Origin: Eledone cirrhosa
Taxonomy: Eukaryota
Length of the DNA: 64,000 nt
Direction: 5' to 3'
Assembly: GCA_964016885.1 (NCBI GenBank)
Contig: OZ024742.1
Span: 215,636,001-215,700,000, forward strand
The notes under the pieces are model-generated. The model saw only the letters and a list, made by a program, of their open reading frames with translations, did no database searches and had not been told where the DNA came from. The position numbers and the translations under genes are program-made. This document shows, piece by piece, positions 36,351 through 48,099 of this stretch. Numbering within the stretch: position 1 is the first letter of the stretch; each line of letters begins with the position of its first letter.

Positions 36351-39300
36351 GTGGTGTTTTAGTTGTTGTTTTTGGTGGTGGTTGTGTTTTGGCTGTTGTT
36401 GTTGTTGATGGTAATGTTTTGGCTGTTGTTGTTGGTGGTGGTGTTTTGGCTGTTGTTGTTGGTGGAGGTGGTGTTTTGGCTGTTGTTGTTGGTGGTGTCG
36501 GTGTTTTGGCTGTTGTTGTTGTTGGTGGTGGTGTTTTGGCTGTTGTTGTTGGTAGTGGTGTTATGGCTGTTGTTGTTTGTGGTGGTTGTGTTTTGGCTGT
36601 AGTTGTTGGTGCTAGTGGTGTTATTGTTTTTGTTGTTGTTGTTGGTGGTGGTGTTTTGGCTGTTGTTGTTGTTGTCGGTGGAGGTGTTTTGGCTGTTGTT
36701 GTTGTTTGTGGTGGTGTTTTGGCTGTTGTTGTTGTTGGTGGTGTTTTGGCTGTTGTTGTTGGTGGTGGTGTTGTTTTGGCTGTTGTTGTTGTTGGTGGTG
36801 GTGGTGTTTTGGCTGGGGTTGTTGGTGGTGGTGTTTTGGCAGTAGTTGTTGTTGTTGTTGGTGGTGTTTTGGCTGTTGTTGTTGGTGGTGGTGTGTTGGC
36901 TGTTGTTGGTGGTGGAGTTTTGGCTGTTGTTGTTGGTGGTGGAGGTGTTTTGGCTGTTGTTGTTCGTGGTGGTGTTATGGCTGTTGTTGTTTGTGGTGGT
37001 GTTTTGGCGGTAGTTGTTGGTGGTGGAGGTGTTTTGGCTGTAGTTGTTGTTGGTGGTGGTGTTTTGGCTGTTGTTGTTGTTGTTGGTTGTGGTGTTTTGG
37101 CTGGTGTTGTTGTAGGTGGTGTTTTGGCTGTAGTTGTTGTTGGTGTGGGTGGTGTTTTGACTGTTGTTGGTGGTGGTGTTGGTTTTTGGCTGTTGTTGTT
37201 GGTGGTGTTGTTTTGGCTAAAGTTGTTATTGTTGGTGGTGGTGTTTTGGCTGCTGTTGTTGCTGGTGGTGGTGTTTTGGCTGTTGTTGTTGGTGGTGGTA
37301 GTGTTTTGGCTGTTGTTGGTGGTGGTGTTGGCTTTTGGCTGTTGTTGTTGGTGGTTGTGTTTTGGCTGTTGTTGGTGGTGGAGTTTTGGCTGTTGTTGTT
37401 GTTGTTGGTGGTGGTGTTTTGGCTGGTGTTGTTGGTGGTGTTGTTTTGGCTGAAGTTGTTGTTGTAGGTGGTGGTGTTTTGGCTGTTGTTGTTGCTGGTG
37501 GTGGTGTTTTGGCTGTTGTTGTTGGTGGTGGTGTTTTGGCTTTAGTTGTTGTTGGTGGTGGTGGTGTTTTGGCTGCAGTTGTTGTTGGTAGTTATGTTTT
37601 GACTGTAGTTGTCGGTGGTGGTTGTGTTTTGGCAGTAGTGGTTGGTGGTGGTGGTGTTTTGGCTGTTGTTGTTGTTGGTGGTGATGGTGTTTTGGCTGGT
37701 GTTGTTGGTGGTGGTATTTTGACTGTAGTTGTGGTTGGTGGTGGTGTTTTGGCTGTTGTTGTTGGTTGTGATGGTGTTTTACCTGTTGTTGTTGTTGGTG
37801 GTTGTGTTTTGGCTGTAGTTGTTGGGGGTGGTTTTGTTTTGGCTGTTGTTGTTGTTGTTGGTGGTGGTGTTTTGTCTGTTGTTGTTGTTGGTGGTGATGG
37901 TGTTTTGGCTGATGTTGTTGGTGGTGGTATTTTGACTGTAGTTGTTGTTGGTGGTGGTGTTTTGGCTGTTGTTGTTGTTGGTGGTGGTGGTGTTTTACCT
38001 GTTGTTGTTGTTGGTGGTTGTGTTTTGGCTGTAGTTGTTGGGGGTGGTTTTGTTTTGGCTGTTGTTGTTGTTGGTGGTGGTGGTGTTTTAGTTTTTCTTG
38101 TTGTTGGAGGCGGTGTTTTAGTTGTTGTTTTTGGTGGTGGTAGTGTTTTGGCAGTTGTTGTTGATGGTGGTGTTTTGGCTGTTGTTGTTGGTGGCGGTGG
38201 TGTTTTGGCTGTTTTTGTTGGTGGTGGTGTTTTGGCTTTTGTTGTTGGTGGTGGTGTTTTGGCAGTTGTTGTTGGTGGTGGTGGTGTTATTGCTGTTGTT
38301 GTTGGCGGTGGTGTTTTCGCAGTAGTTGTTGTTGGTGGTGGTGTTTTGGCTGTAGTTGTTTGTCGTGGTGTTTTATCTGTTGTTGTCGTTGGTGGTGGAG
38401 GTGTTTTGGCTGTTGTTGTTGTTGGTGGAGGTGTTTTGGCTGTTGTTGTTGGTGGTGGTGGTGGTGTTTTGGCTGTAGTTGTTGGTGGTGGTGTTTTGGC
38501 TGTAGTTGTTACTGGTGGTGGTGTTTTTGGTGGTGGTGTTTTGGCGGTTGTTGTTGTAGGTGGAGGTGTTTTGGCTGTTGTTGTTGGTGGTGGTGTTTTG
38601 GTTGTTGTTGTTGGTGGAGGTATTTTGGCTGTAGTTGTTGCTGGTGGTGGTGGTGTTTTAGCTGCTGATGTTGTTGATGGTGGTGTTTTGGCTGTAGTTG
38701 TTGTTGGTGGTGGTGGTATTTTAGCTGCTGTTGTTGTTGGTGGTGGTGTTTTGGCTGTAGTTGTTGTTGTTGGTGGTGGTGTTTTGGCTGCAGTTGTTGT
38801 TGGTGGTTGTGTTTTGGCTGTAGTTGTTGGTAGTGGTGGTGTTTTGGCTGTTGTTGTTGTTGGTGGTGATGGTGTTTTGGCTGGTGTTGTTGGTGGTGGT
38901 ATTTTGGCTGTTGTTGTTGTTGGTTGTGGTGTTTTACCTTTTGTTGTTGTTGGTGGTTGTGTTTTGACTGTAGTTGTTGGGGGTGGTTTTGTTTTGGCTG
39001 TTGTTGTTGTTGTTGTTGGTGGCGGTGTTTTAGTTGTTGTTTTTGGTGGTGGTAGTGTTTTGGCGGTTGTTGTTGTTGATGGTGGTTTTTTGGCTGTTGT
39101 TGTTGGTGGTGGTGTTTTGGCTGTTGTTGTTGGGGGAGGTGGTGTTTTGGCTGTTGTTGTTGGTGGTGGTGGTGTTTTGGCTGTTGTTGTTGTTGGTGGT
39201 GTTTTGGCTTTTGTTGTTGGTGGTGGTGTTTTGGCTGTTCTTGTTGGTGGTGGTGGTGTTATTGCTGTTGTTGTTGGCGGTGGTGTTTTGGCTGTAGTTG

Positions 39301-41769
39301 TTGTTGGTGGTGGTGTTTTGGCTGTAGTTGTTTGTCGTGGTGTTTTGGTTGTTGTTGCTGGTGGAGGTGTTTTGGCTGTAGTTGTTTGTGGTGGTGTTGT
39401 TTTAGCTGTTGTTTTTGTTGGTGGTGGTGTTTTGGCTGTTGTTGTTATTGATGGTGCTGTTTTGGTTGTTGTTGGTGGAGGTGTTTTGGCTGTTGTTTTT
39501 GTTGGTGGTGGTGTTTTAGCTCGTGTTGTCGCTGGTGGTGTTTTATCTGTTGTTGTCGTTGGTGATGGTGGTGTTTTGGCTGTTGTTGTTGGTGGAGGTG
39601 TTTTGGCTGTTGTTGTTGGTGGTGGTGGGGGTGTTTTGGCTGTTGTTGTTGTTCGTGGTGGTGTTTTGGCTGTAGTTGTTGGTGGTGGTGTTTTGGCTGT
39701 AGTTGTTATTGGTGGTGGTGTTTTTGGTGGTGGTGTTTTGGCTGTTGTTGTTGTTGGTGGAGGTGTTTTGGCTGTTGTTGTTGGTGGTGGTGTGTTGGTT
39801 GTTGTTGTTGGTGGAGGTGTTGTGGCTGTTGTTGTTGTTGGTGGTTGTGTTTTGGCTGGTGATGTTGGTGGTGGAGGTGTTTTGGCTGTTGTTGTTGGTG
39901 GTGGTGTTTTGGGTGTTGTTGTTGTTGGTAGTGGTGTTTTGGCTGTTGTTGTTGTTGGTGGTGGTATTTTGGCTGTAGTTGTTGTTGTTGGTGGGGTTTT
40001 GGCTGTCGTTGTTGTCGTTGGTGGTGGTGGTGTTTTTGCTGTTGTCGTTGTTGGTGGTGCTCTTTTGGCTGTAGTTCTTGTTGTTGTTGGTGGTGGCGTT
40101 TTGGCTGTTGTTGTTGTTAGTGGTGGTGTTTTCGCTGTAGTTGTTGTTGTTGGTGGTTGTGTTTTGGCTGTTGTTGTTGTTGCTGGTGGTGTTTTGGCTG
40201 CAGTTGTTGTTCTTGGTGTTGGTGTTTTGGCTATTGTTGTTGGTGGTGGTGTTTTGGCTGTAGTTGTTGTAGGTGGTGGTGGTTATGTTTTGGCTGTTGT
40301 AGTTGTTGGTGGTGGTGTTTTGGCTGTTGTTGTTGTTGGTGGTGGTATTTTGGATGTTTTTGTTGGTGGTGGAGGTGTATTGGCTGTAGTTGTTGTTGGT
40401 GGTGGTGTTTTGGCTGTTGTTGTTGGTGGAGGTGGTGTTTTAGCTGTAGTTCTTGTTGTTGGTGGTGGTGTTTTGTCTGTAATTGTTGTTGGTGGTGGTG
40501 TTTTACCTGTTGTTGTTGTTGGTCGTTTTGTTTTGGCTGTAGTTGTTGGTGGTGGTTTTGTTTTGGCTGTTGTTGTTGCTGGTGGTGGTGGTGTTTTAGT
40601 TGTTGTTGTTGTTGGTGTGGTGTTTTAGTTGTTGTTTTTGGTGGTGGTTGTGTTTTGGCTGTTGTTGTTGTTGATCGTAATGTTTTGGCTGTTGTTGTTG
40701 GTGGTGGTGTTTTGGCTGTTGTTGTTGGTGGTAGTGTTTTGGCTGTTGTTGTTGTTGGTGGTGGTGTTTTGGCTGTTGTTGTTGGTGGTGGTGTTATGGC
40801 TGTTGTTGTTGTTGGTGGTTGTGTTTTGTCTGTAGTTGTTGGTGCTGGTGGTGTTATTGCTGTTGTTGTTGTTGGTGGTGGTGTTTTGGCTGTAGTTGTC
40901 GTTGGTGGTGGTGTTTTGGCTGTAGTTGTTGGTCGTGGTGTTTTGGTCGTTCTTGTTGTTGGTGTAGGTGTTTGGCTGTAGTTGTTAGTGGTGGTGGTGT
41001 TTTAGCTGTTGTTGTTGTTGGTGTTGGTGTTTTGGCTGATGTTGTTGTTGGTGGTGTTTTGGCTGTTGTTGTTGTTGGTGGTGGTGTTTTGGCTGTTGTT
41101 GTTGTTGGTTGTGGTGGTGTTTTGGCTGGTGTTGTTGGTGGTGGGGTTTTGGCAGTAGTTGTTGTTGGTGGCGGTGGTGTTTTGGCTGTTGTTGTTGGTG
41201 GTGTTTTGGCTATTGTTGTTGGTGGTGGTGTGTTGGCTGTTGTTGGTGATGGAGTTTTGGCTGTTGTTGTTGGTGGTGGAAGTGTTTTGGCTGTTGTTGT
41301 TCGTGGTGGTGCTTTGGCTGTTGTTGTTATTGGTGGTGGTGTTTTGGCTGTTGTTGTTGGTGGTGGTGTTTTGGCGGTAGTTCTTGGTGGTGGTGGTGTT
41401 TTGGCTGTAGTTGTTGTTGGTGGTGGTGTTTTGGCTGTTGTTGTTGTTGGTGGTGGTGGTGTTTTGGCTGTAGTTGTTGTTGGTGGTGGTGGTGGTGTTT
41501 TGGCTGTTGTTGGTGGCGGTGTTGGTTTTTGGCTGTTGTTGTTGATGGTTGTGTATTGACTGTTGTTGGTGGTGGAGGTGTTTTGGCTGTTGTTGTTGGT
41601 GGTGGTGTTGTTTTGGATGCAGTTGTTGTTGTTGGTGGTGGTGTTTTAGCTGCTGTTGTTGTTGGTGGTGGTGTTTTGGCTGTAGTTGTTGTTGGTGGTG
41701 GAGGTGTTTTGGCTGCAGTTGTTGTAGAAGGTAGGTGTTTTAGCTGTTGTTTTATTTGGTGGTTGTGTT

Positions 41770-44700
41770 TTGGCTGTAGTTGTTGGTGGTGGTTGTGTTT
41801 TGGCTGTAGTTGTTGGTGGTGGAGGTGTTTTGGCTGTTGTTGTTGTTGGCGGTGATCGTGTTTTGGCTGGTGTTGTTGGTGGTGGTGTTTTGACTGTAGT
41901 TGTTGGTGGTGGTGGTGTTTGGACTGTTGTTGTTGTTGGTGGTGGTGTTTTACCTGTTTTTGTTGTTGGTGGTTGTGTTTTGGCTGTAGTTGTTGGTGGT
42001 GGTTTTGTTTTGGCTGTTGTTGTTGTTGGTGGTGGTGGTGTTTTAGCTGTTGTTGTTGTTGGTGATGTTGTTTTAGTTGTTGTTGATGGTGGTGTTTTGG
42101 CTGTTGTTGTTGGTGATGGTGTTTTGGCTGTTGTTGTTGGTGGTGGTGGTGTTTTGGCTGTTGTTGTTGGTGGTGGTTGTGTTTTGGCTTTTGTTGTTGG
42201 TGGTGGTGTTTTGGCTGTTGTTGTTGGTGGTGGTGGTGTTATTGCTGTTGTTGTTGTTGGTGGCGGTGTTTTGGCTGTAGTTGTTGTTGGTGGTGGTGTT
42301 TTGGCTATAGTTGTTGGTCGTGGTGTTTTGGTTGTTGTTGCTGGTGGAGGTGTTTTGGCTGTTGTTGTTTGTGGTGGTGGTGGTGTTTTGGCTGTTGCTG
42401 TTGTTGATGGTGCTGTTTTGTTTGTTGTTGTTTTTGGTGGAGGTGTTTTTGCTGTTGTTTTTGTTGGTGGTGGTGTTTTAGCTCTTGTTGTCGTTGGTGG
42501 TGTTTTATCTGTTGTTGTCGTTGGTGGTGGTGGTGTTTTGGCTGTTGTTGTTGTTGGTGGAGGTGTTTTGGCTGTTGTTGTTGGTGGTGGTGGTGGTGTT
42601 TTGGCTGTAGTTGTTGGTGGTGGTGTTTTGGCTGTAGATGTTATTGGTGGTGGTGTTTTTGGTGGTGGTGTTTTGGCTGTTGTTGTTGTTGGTGGAGGTG
42701 TTTTGGCTGTTGTTGGTGGTGGTGTTTTGATTGTTGTTGTTGGTGGCGGTGTTGTGGCTGTTGTTGTTGTTGGTGGTTGTGTTTTGGCTGTAGTTGTTGA
42801 TGGTGGAGTTTTGGCTGTAGTTGTTGGTGGTGTTGTTTTGGCTGTAGTTGTTGTTGGTGGTGGAGGTGTTTTGGCTGCAGTTGTTGTAGGTGGTGGTGTT
42901 TTAGCTGTTGTTTTTGTTGGTGGTTGTGTTTTGGCTGTAGTTGTTGGTGGTGGTTGTGTTTTGGCTGAAGTTGTTGGTGGTGGTATTTTGGCTGTTGTTG
43001 TTGTTGGTGGTGATGGTGTTTTGGCTGGTGTTGTTGGTGGTGGTGTTTTGACTGTAGTTGTTGGTGGTGGTGGTGTTTGGGCTGTTGTTGTTGTTGGTGG
43101 TGCTGTTTTACCTGTTTTTGTTGTTGGTGGTTGTGTTTTGGCTGTAGTTGTTGGTGGTGGATTTGTGTTGGCTGTTGTTGTTGTTGTTGGTGGTGGTGTT
43201 TTAGCTGTTGTTGTTGTTGGTGGTGGTGTTTTAGTTGTTGTTTTTGGTGGTGGTAGTGTTTTGGCTGTTGTTGTTGTTGAAGGTGGTGTTTTGGCTGTTG
43301 TTGTTGGTGGTGGTTGTGTTTTGGCTGTTGTTGTTGTTGGTGGTAGTGTTTTGGCTTTTGTTGTTGGTGGTGGTGTTTTGGCTGTTGTTGTTGGTGGTGG
43401 TGGTGTTTTTGCTGTTGTTGTTGTTGGTGGTGGTGTTTTGGCTGTAGTTGTTGGTCGTGGTGTTTTGGTTGTTGTTGCTGGTGGAGGTGTTTTGGCTGTA
43501 GTTGTCTGTGGTGGTGGTGTTTTAGCTGTTGTTGTTGCTGTTGGTGGTGCTGTTTTGGTTGTTGTTGATGTTGGTGGAGGTGTTTTGGCTGTTATTTTTG
43601 TTGGTGGTTGTGTTTTAGCTCTTGTTGTCGTTGGTGGTGTTTTATCTGTTGTTGTCGTTGATGGTGGTGGTGTTTTGGCCGTTGTTGTTGTTTGTGGAGT
43701 TGTTTCGGCTGTAGTTGTTGGTGGTGGTGTTTTGGCTGTAGTTGTTATTGGTGGTGGTGTTTTTGGTGGTGGTGTTTTGGCTGTTGTTGTTGTTGGTGGA
43801 GGTATTTTGGCTGTTGTTGTTGGTGGTGGTGTTTTGATTGTTGTTGTTGGTGGAGGTGTTGTGGCTGTTGTTGTTGTTGGTGGTTGTGTTTTGGCTGTAG
43901 TTGTTGATGGTGGTGTTTTGGCTGGTGATGTTGGTGGTGGAGGTGTTTTGGCTGTTGTTGTTATTGGTGGTGGTGATTTGGGTGTTGTTGTTGTTGGTTG
44001 TGGTGTTTTGGCTGTTGTTGTTGGTGTTGGTGGTGTTTTGGCTCTAGTTGTTGTTGTTGGTGGTTTTTTGGCTGTAGTTGTTGTCGTTGGTGCTGGTGGT
44101 GTTTTGGCTGTTGTTGTTGTTGGTGGTGCTGTTTTGGCTGTAGTTCTTGTTGTTGGTGGTGGTGGTGTTTTGGCTGTTGTTGTTGTGGTTGGTGGTGTTT
44201 TCGCTGTAGTTGTTGTTGTTCGTGGTTGTGTTTTGGCTGTTGTTGTTGTTGCTGGTGTTGTTTTGGCTGTTGTTGTTGGTGGTGGTGGTTTTTTGGCTGT
44301 AGTTGTTGGTGGTGGTTTTGTTTTGGCTGTTGTTGTTGTTGCTGGTGGTGGTGTTTTAGTTGTTGTTTTTGGTGGTGGTAGTGTTTTGGCTCTTGTTGTT
44401 GATGGTGGTGTTTTGGCTGTTGTTGTTGGTGGTGGTGTTTTGGCTGTTGTTGTTGTTGGTGGTGGTGTTTTGGCTTTTGTTGTTGGTGGTGGTGTTTTGG
44501 CTGTTGTTGTTGGTGGTGGTGGTGTTATTGCTGTTGTTGTTGTTGGTGTTGGTGTTTTGGCTGTAGTTGTTGTTGGTGGTGGTGTTTTGGCTGTAGTTGT
44601 TGGTCGTGGTGTTTTGGTTGTTGTTGTTGGTGGTGGTGGTGTTATTGCTGTTGTTGTTGGTGGAGGTGTTTTGGTTGTTGTTGCAGGTGGAGGTGTTTTG

Positions 44701-44789
44701 GCTGTAGTTGTTTGTGGTGGTGGTGTTTTAGCTGTTGTTGTTGTTGATGGTGCTGTTTTGGCTGTTGTTGTTGGTGGTGGTCTTTTAGC
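41770..44789 (-). other. Uninterrupted PT-rich open segment, about 1,000 codons
   Basis: Antisense counterpart of + ORF 41770..45486, bounded by TGA at 44790-44792 (+ strand GCT CAT). Most of it is a duplicate of 33081..35660. Confidence 0.55.
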
Positions 44790-47700
44790 TCATGTTGGTG
44801 TTGGTGGTGCTGTTTTGGTTGTTGTTGTTGTTGGTGGAGGTGTTTTGGCAGTTGTTTTTGTTGGTGGTGGTGTTTTAGCTCTTGTTGTCGTTGGTGGTGT
44901 TTTATCTGTTGTTGTCGTTCGTGGTGGTGGTGTTTTTGCTGTTGTTGTTGTTGGTGGTGGTGTCTTGGGTGTTGTTGTTCTTGGTGGCGGGGTTTTGGCT
45001 GTTGTTGTTGTTGGTGGTGGTGTTTTGGCTGTAGTTGTTGTTGTTGGTGGGGTTTTGGCTGTAGTTGTTGTCGTTGGTGGTGGTGGTGTTTTGGCTGTTG
45101 TTGTTGTTGTTGGTGGTGTTTTCGCTGCAATTGTTGTTGTTGGTGGTTGTGTTTTGGCTGTTGTTGTTGTTGCTGGTGGTGTTTTGGCTGCAGTTGTTGG
45201 TGGTGGTGTTTTGACCGTTGTTGTTGGTGGTGGTGTTTTGGCTGTTGTTGTTGGTAGTGGTGGTGATTTGGCTGTAGTTGTTGTAGGTGTTGGTGGTTGT
45301 GTTTTGGCTGTTGTTGTTGTTGGTGGTGGAGTTTTGGCTGTTGTTGTTGGTGGTGGTGGTGTTTTGGCTATTTTTGTTGTTGGTGGTATTTTGGATGTTG
45401 TTGTTGTTGGTGGTGGTGTTTTGGCTGTAGTTGTTGGTGGTGGTGTTTTACCTGTTGTTGTTGTTGTCGTCGTGTTTTGGCTGTAGTTGTTGGTGGTGGT
45501 TTTGTTTTGGCTGTTGTTGTTGTTGTTGTTGGTGGTGGTGTTTTAGTTGTTGTTGTTGTTGTTGGTGGTGGTGTTTTAGTTGTTGTTGTTGTTTTTGGTG
45601 GTGGTGTTTTGGCTGTTGTTGTTGTTGGTGGAGATGTTTTGGCTGTTGTTGTTGGTGGTGGTGTTTTGATTGTTGTTGTTGGTGGCGGTGTTGTGGCTGT
45701 TGTTGTTGTTGGTGGTTGTGTTTTGGCTGTAGTTGTTGATGGTGGAGTTTTGGCTGTTGTTCTTCGTGGTGGAGGAGTTTTGGCTGTTGTTCTTCGTGGT
45801 GGTGCTTTGGCTGTTGTTGTTATTGGTGGTGGTGTTTTGGCTGTTTTTGTTGGTGGTGGTGTTTTGGTGGTAGTTGTTGTTGGTGGTGGTGTTTTGGCTG
45901 TAGTTGTTGTTGGTGGTGGTGTTTTGGCTGTTGTTGGTGGTGGTGGTGGTGTTTTGGCTGTTGTTGGTGGTGGTGTTGGTTTTTGGCTGTTGTTGTTGGT
46001 GGTTGTGTTTTGGCTGTTGTTGGTGGTGGGGTTTCGGCAGTTGTTGTTGGTGGTGGAGGTGGTTTGGTTGTTGTTGTTGGTGGTGGTGTTGCTTTGGCTG
46101 CAGTTGTTGTTGTTGGTGGTGGTGTTTTAGCTGCTGTTGTTGTTGGAGGTGTTGTTTTGGCTGTAGTTGTTGTTGGTGGTGGAGGTGTTTTGGCTGCAGT
46201 TGTTGTAGGTGGGGGTGTTTTAGCTGTTGTTTTTGTTGGTGGTTGTGTTTTGGCTGTAGTTGTTGGTGGTGGTTGTCTTTTGGCTGTAGTTGTTTGTGGT
46301 GGTTGTGTTTTGGCTGTAGTTGTTGGTGGTGGTGGAGGTGTTTTGGCTGCAGTTGTTGTAGGTGGTGGTGTTTTAGCTGTTGTTTTTGTTGGTGGTTGTG
46401 TTTTGGCTGTAGTTGTTGGTGGTGGTGTTGCTTTGGCTGTAGTTGTTGTTGGTGGTGGTGTTTTAGCTGCTGTTGTTGTTGGAGGTGTTGTTTTGGCTGT
46501 AGTTGTTGTTGGTGGTGGAGGTGTTTTGGCTGCAGTTGTTGTAGGTGGTGGTGTTTTGGCTGTTGTTGTTGGTGGTGGTGGTGTTATTGCTGGTGTTGTT
46601 GTTGGTGGTGGTGTTTTGGCTATAGTTGTTGGTCGTGGTGTTTTGATTGTTGTTGATGGTGGAGGTGTTTTGGCTGCTGTTGTTTGTGGTGGTGGTGTTT
46701 TAGCTGTTGGTGTTCTTGGTGGTGGTGGTGTTTTGGCTGTTGTTGTTGTTGATGGTGCTGTTTTGTTTGTTGTTGTTGTTGATGGAGGTGTTTTGGCTGT
46801 TGTTTTTGTTGGTGGTGGTGTTTTAGCTCTTGTTGTCGTTGGTGGTGATGGTGTTTTGGCTGTTGTTGTTGTTGGTGGAGGTGTTTGGCTGTTGTTGTTG
46901 GTGGTGGTGGTGGTGTTTTGGCTGTAGTTGTCGGTGGTGGTGGTGTTTTTGGTGGTGGTGTTTTGGCTTTTGTTGTTGTTGGTGGTTGTGTTTTGGCTTT
47001 TGTTGTTGGTGGTGGTGTTTTGGCTGTTGTTGTTGGTGGTGGTGGTGTTATTGCTGGTGTTGTTGTTGGTAGTGGTGTTTTAGCGATAGTTGTTGGTCGT
47101 GGTGTTTTGATTGTTGTTGATGGTGGAGGTGTTTTGGCTGCTGTTGTTTGTGGTGGTGGTGTTTTAGCTGTTGGTGTTCTTGGTGGTGGTGGTGTTTTGG
47201 CTGTTGTTGTTGTTGATGGTGCTGTTTTGTTTGTTGTTGTTGTTGGTGGAGGTGTTTTGGCTGTTGTTTTTGTTGGTGGTGGTGTTTTAGCTCTTGTTGT
47301 CGTTGGTGGTGATGGTGTTTTGGCTGTTGTTGTTGTTGGTGGAGGTGTTTGGCTGTTGTTGTTGGTGGTGGTGGTGGTGTTTTGGCTGTAGTTGTCGGTG
47401 GTGGTGGTGTTTTTGGTGGTGGTGTTTTGGCTGTTGTTGTTGTTGGTGGAGGTGTTTTGGCTGTTGTTGTTGGTGGTGGTGTTTTGATTGTTGTTGTTGG
47501 TGGCGGTGTTGTGGCTGTTGTTGTTGTTGGTGGTTGTGTTTTGGCTGTAGTTGTTGATGGTGGAGTTTTGGCTGTTGTTGTTGGTGGTGGAGGTGTTCTG
47601 GCTGTTGTTGTTCGTGGTGGTGCTTTGGCTGTTGTTGTTATTGGTGGTGGTGTTTTGGCTGTTGTTGTTGGTGGTGGTGTTTTGGTGGTAGTTGTTGGTG

Positions 47701-48099
47701 GTGGTGGTGTTTTGTCTGGAGTTGTTGTTGGTGGTGGTGTTTTGGCTGTTGTTGTTGTTGGTGGTGGTGGTGTTTTGGCTGTTGTTGGTGGTGGTGTTGG
47801 TTTTTGGCTGTTGTTGTTGGTGGTTGTGTTTTGGCTGTTGTTGGTGGTGGAATTTCGGCAGTTGTTGTATGGTGGTGGAGGTGTTTTGGCTGTTGTTGTT
47901 GGTGGTGGTGTTGCTTTGGCTGCAGTTGTTGTTGTTGGTGGTGGTGTTTTAGCTGCTGTTGTTGTTGGAGGTGTTGTTTTGGCTGTAGTTGTTGTTGGTG
48001 GTGGAGGTGTTTTGGCTGCAGTTGTTGTAGGTGGTGGTGTTTTAGCTGTTGTTTTTGTTGGTGGTTGTGTTTTGGCAGTAGTTGTTGGTGGTGGTTGTG

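Larger units (their letters stand above)
26954..44357. repeat. Near-identical 8,689-bp tandem duplication (copy A ~26954-35642, copy B ~35643-44331)
   Basis: ORF pairs are offset by exactly 8,689 (28646/37335, 33081/41770, 27674/36363, 32840/41529). The GCT landmark sits at 26963, 35652 and 44341. Confidence 0.95.

Noticed and set aside
44642-45130. Minus-strand 162-aa Q/H-rich ORF
   Set aside because: It is an alternative frame of the same repeat, opened by a chance TTG. There is no evidence for a separate gene.
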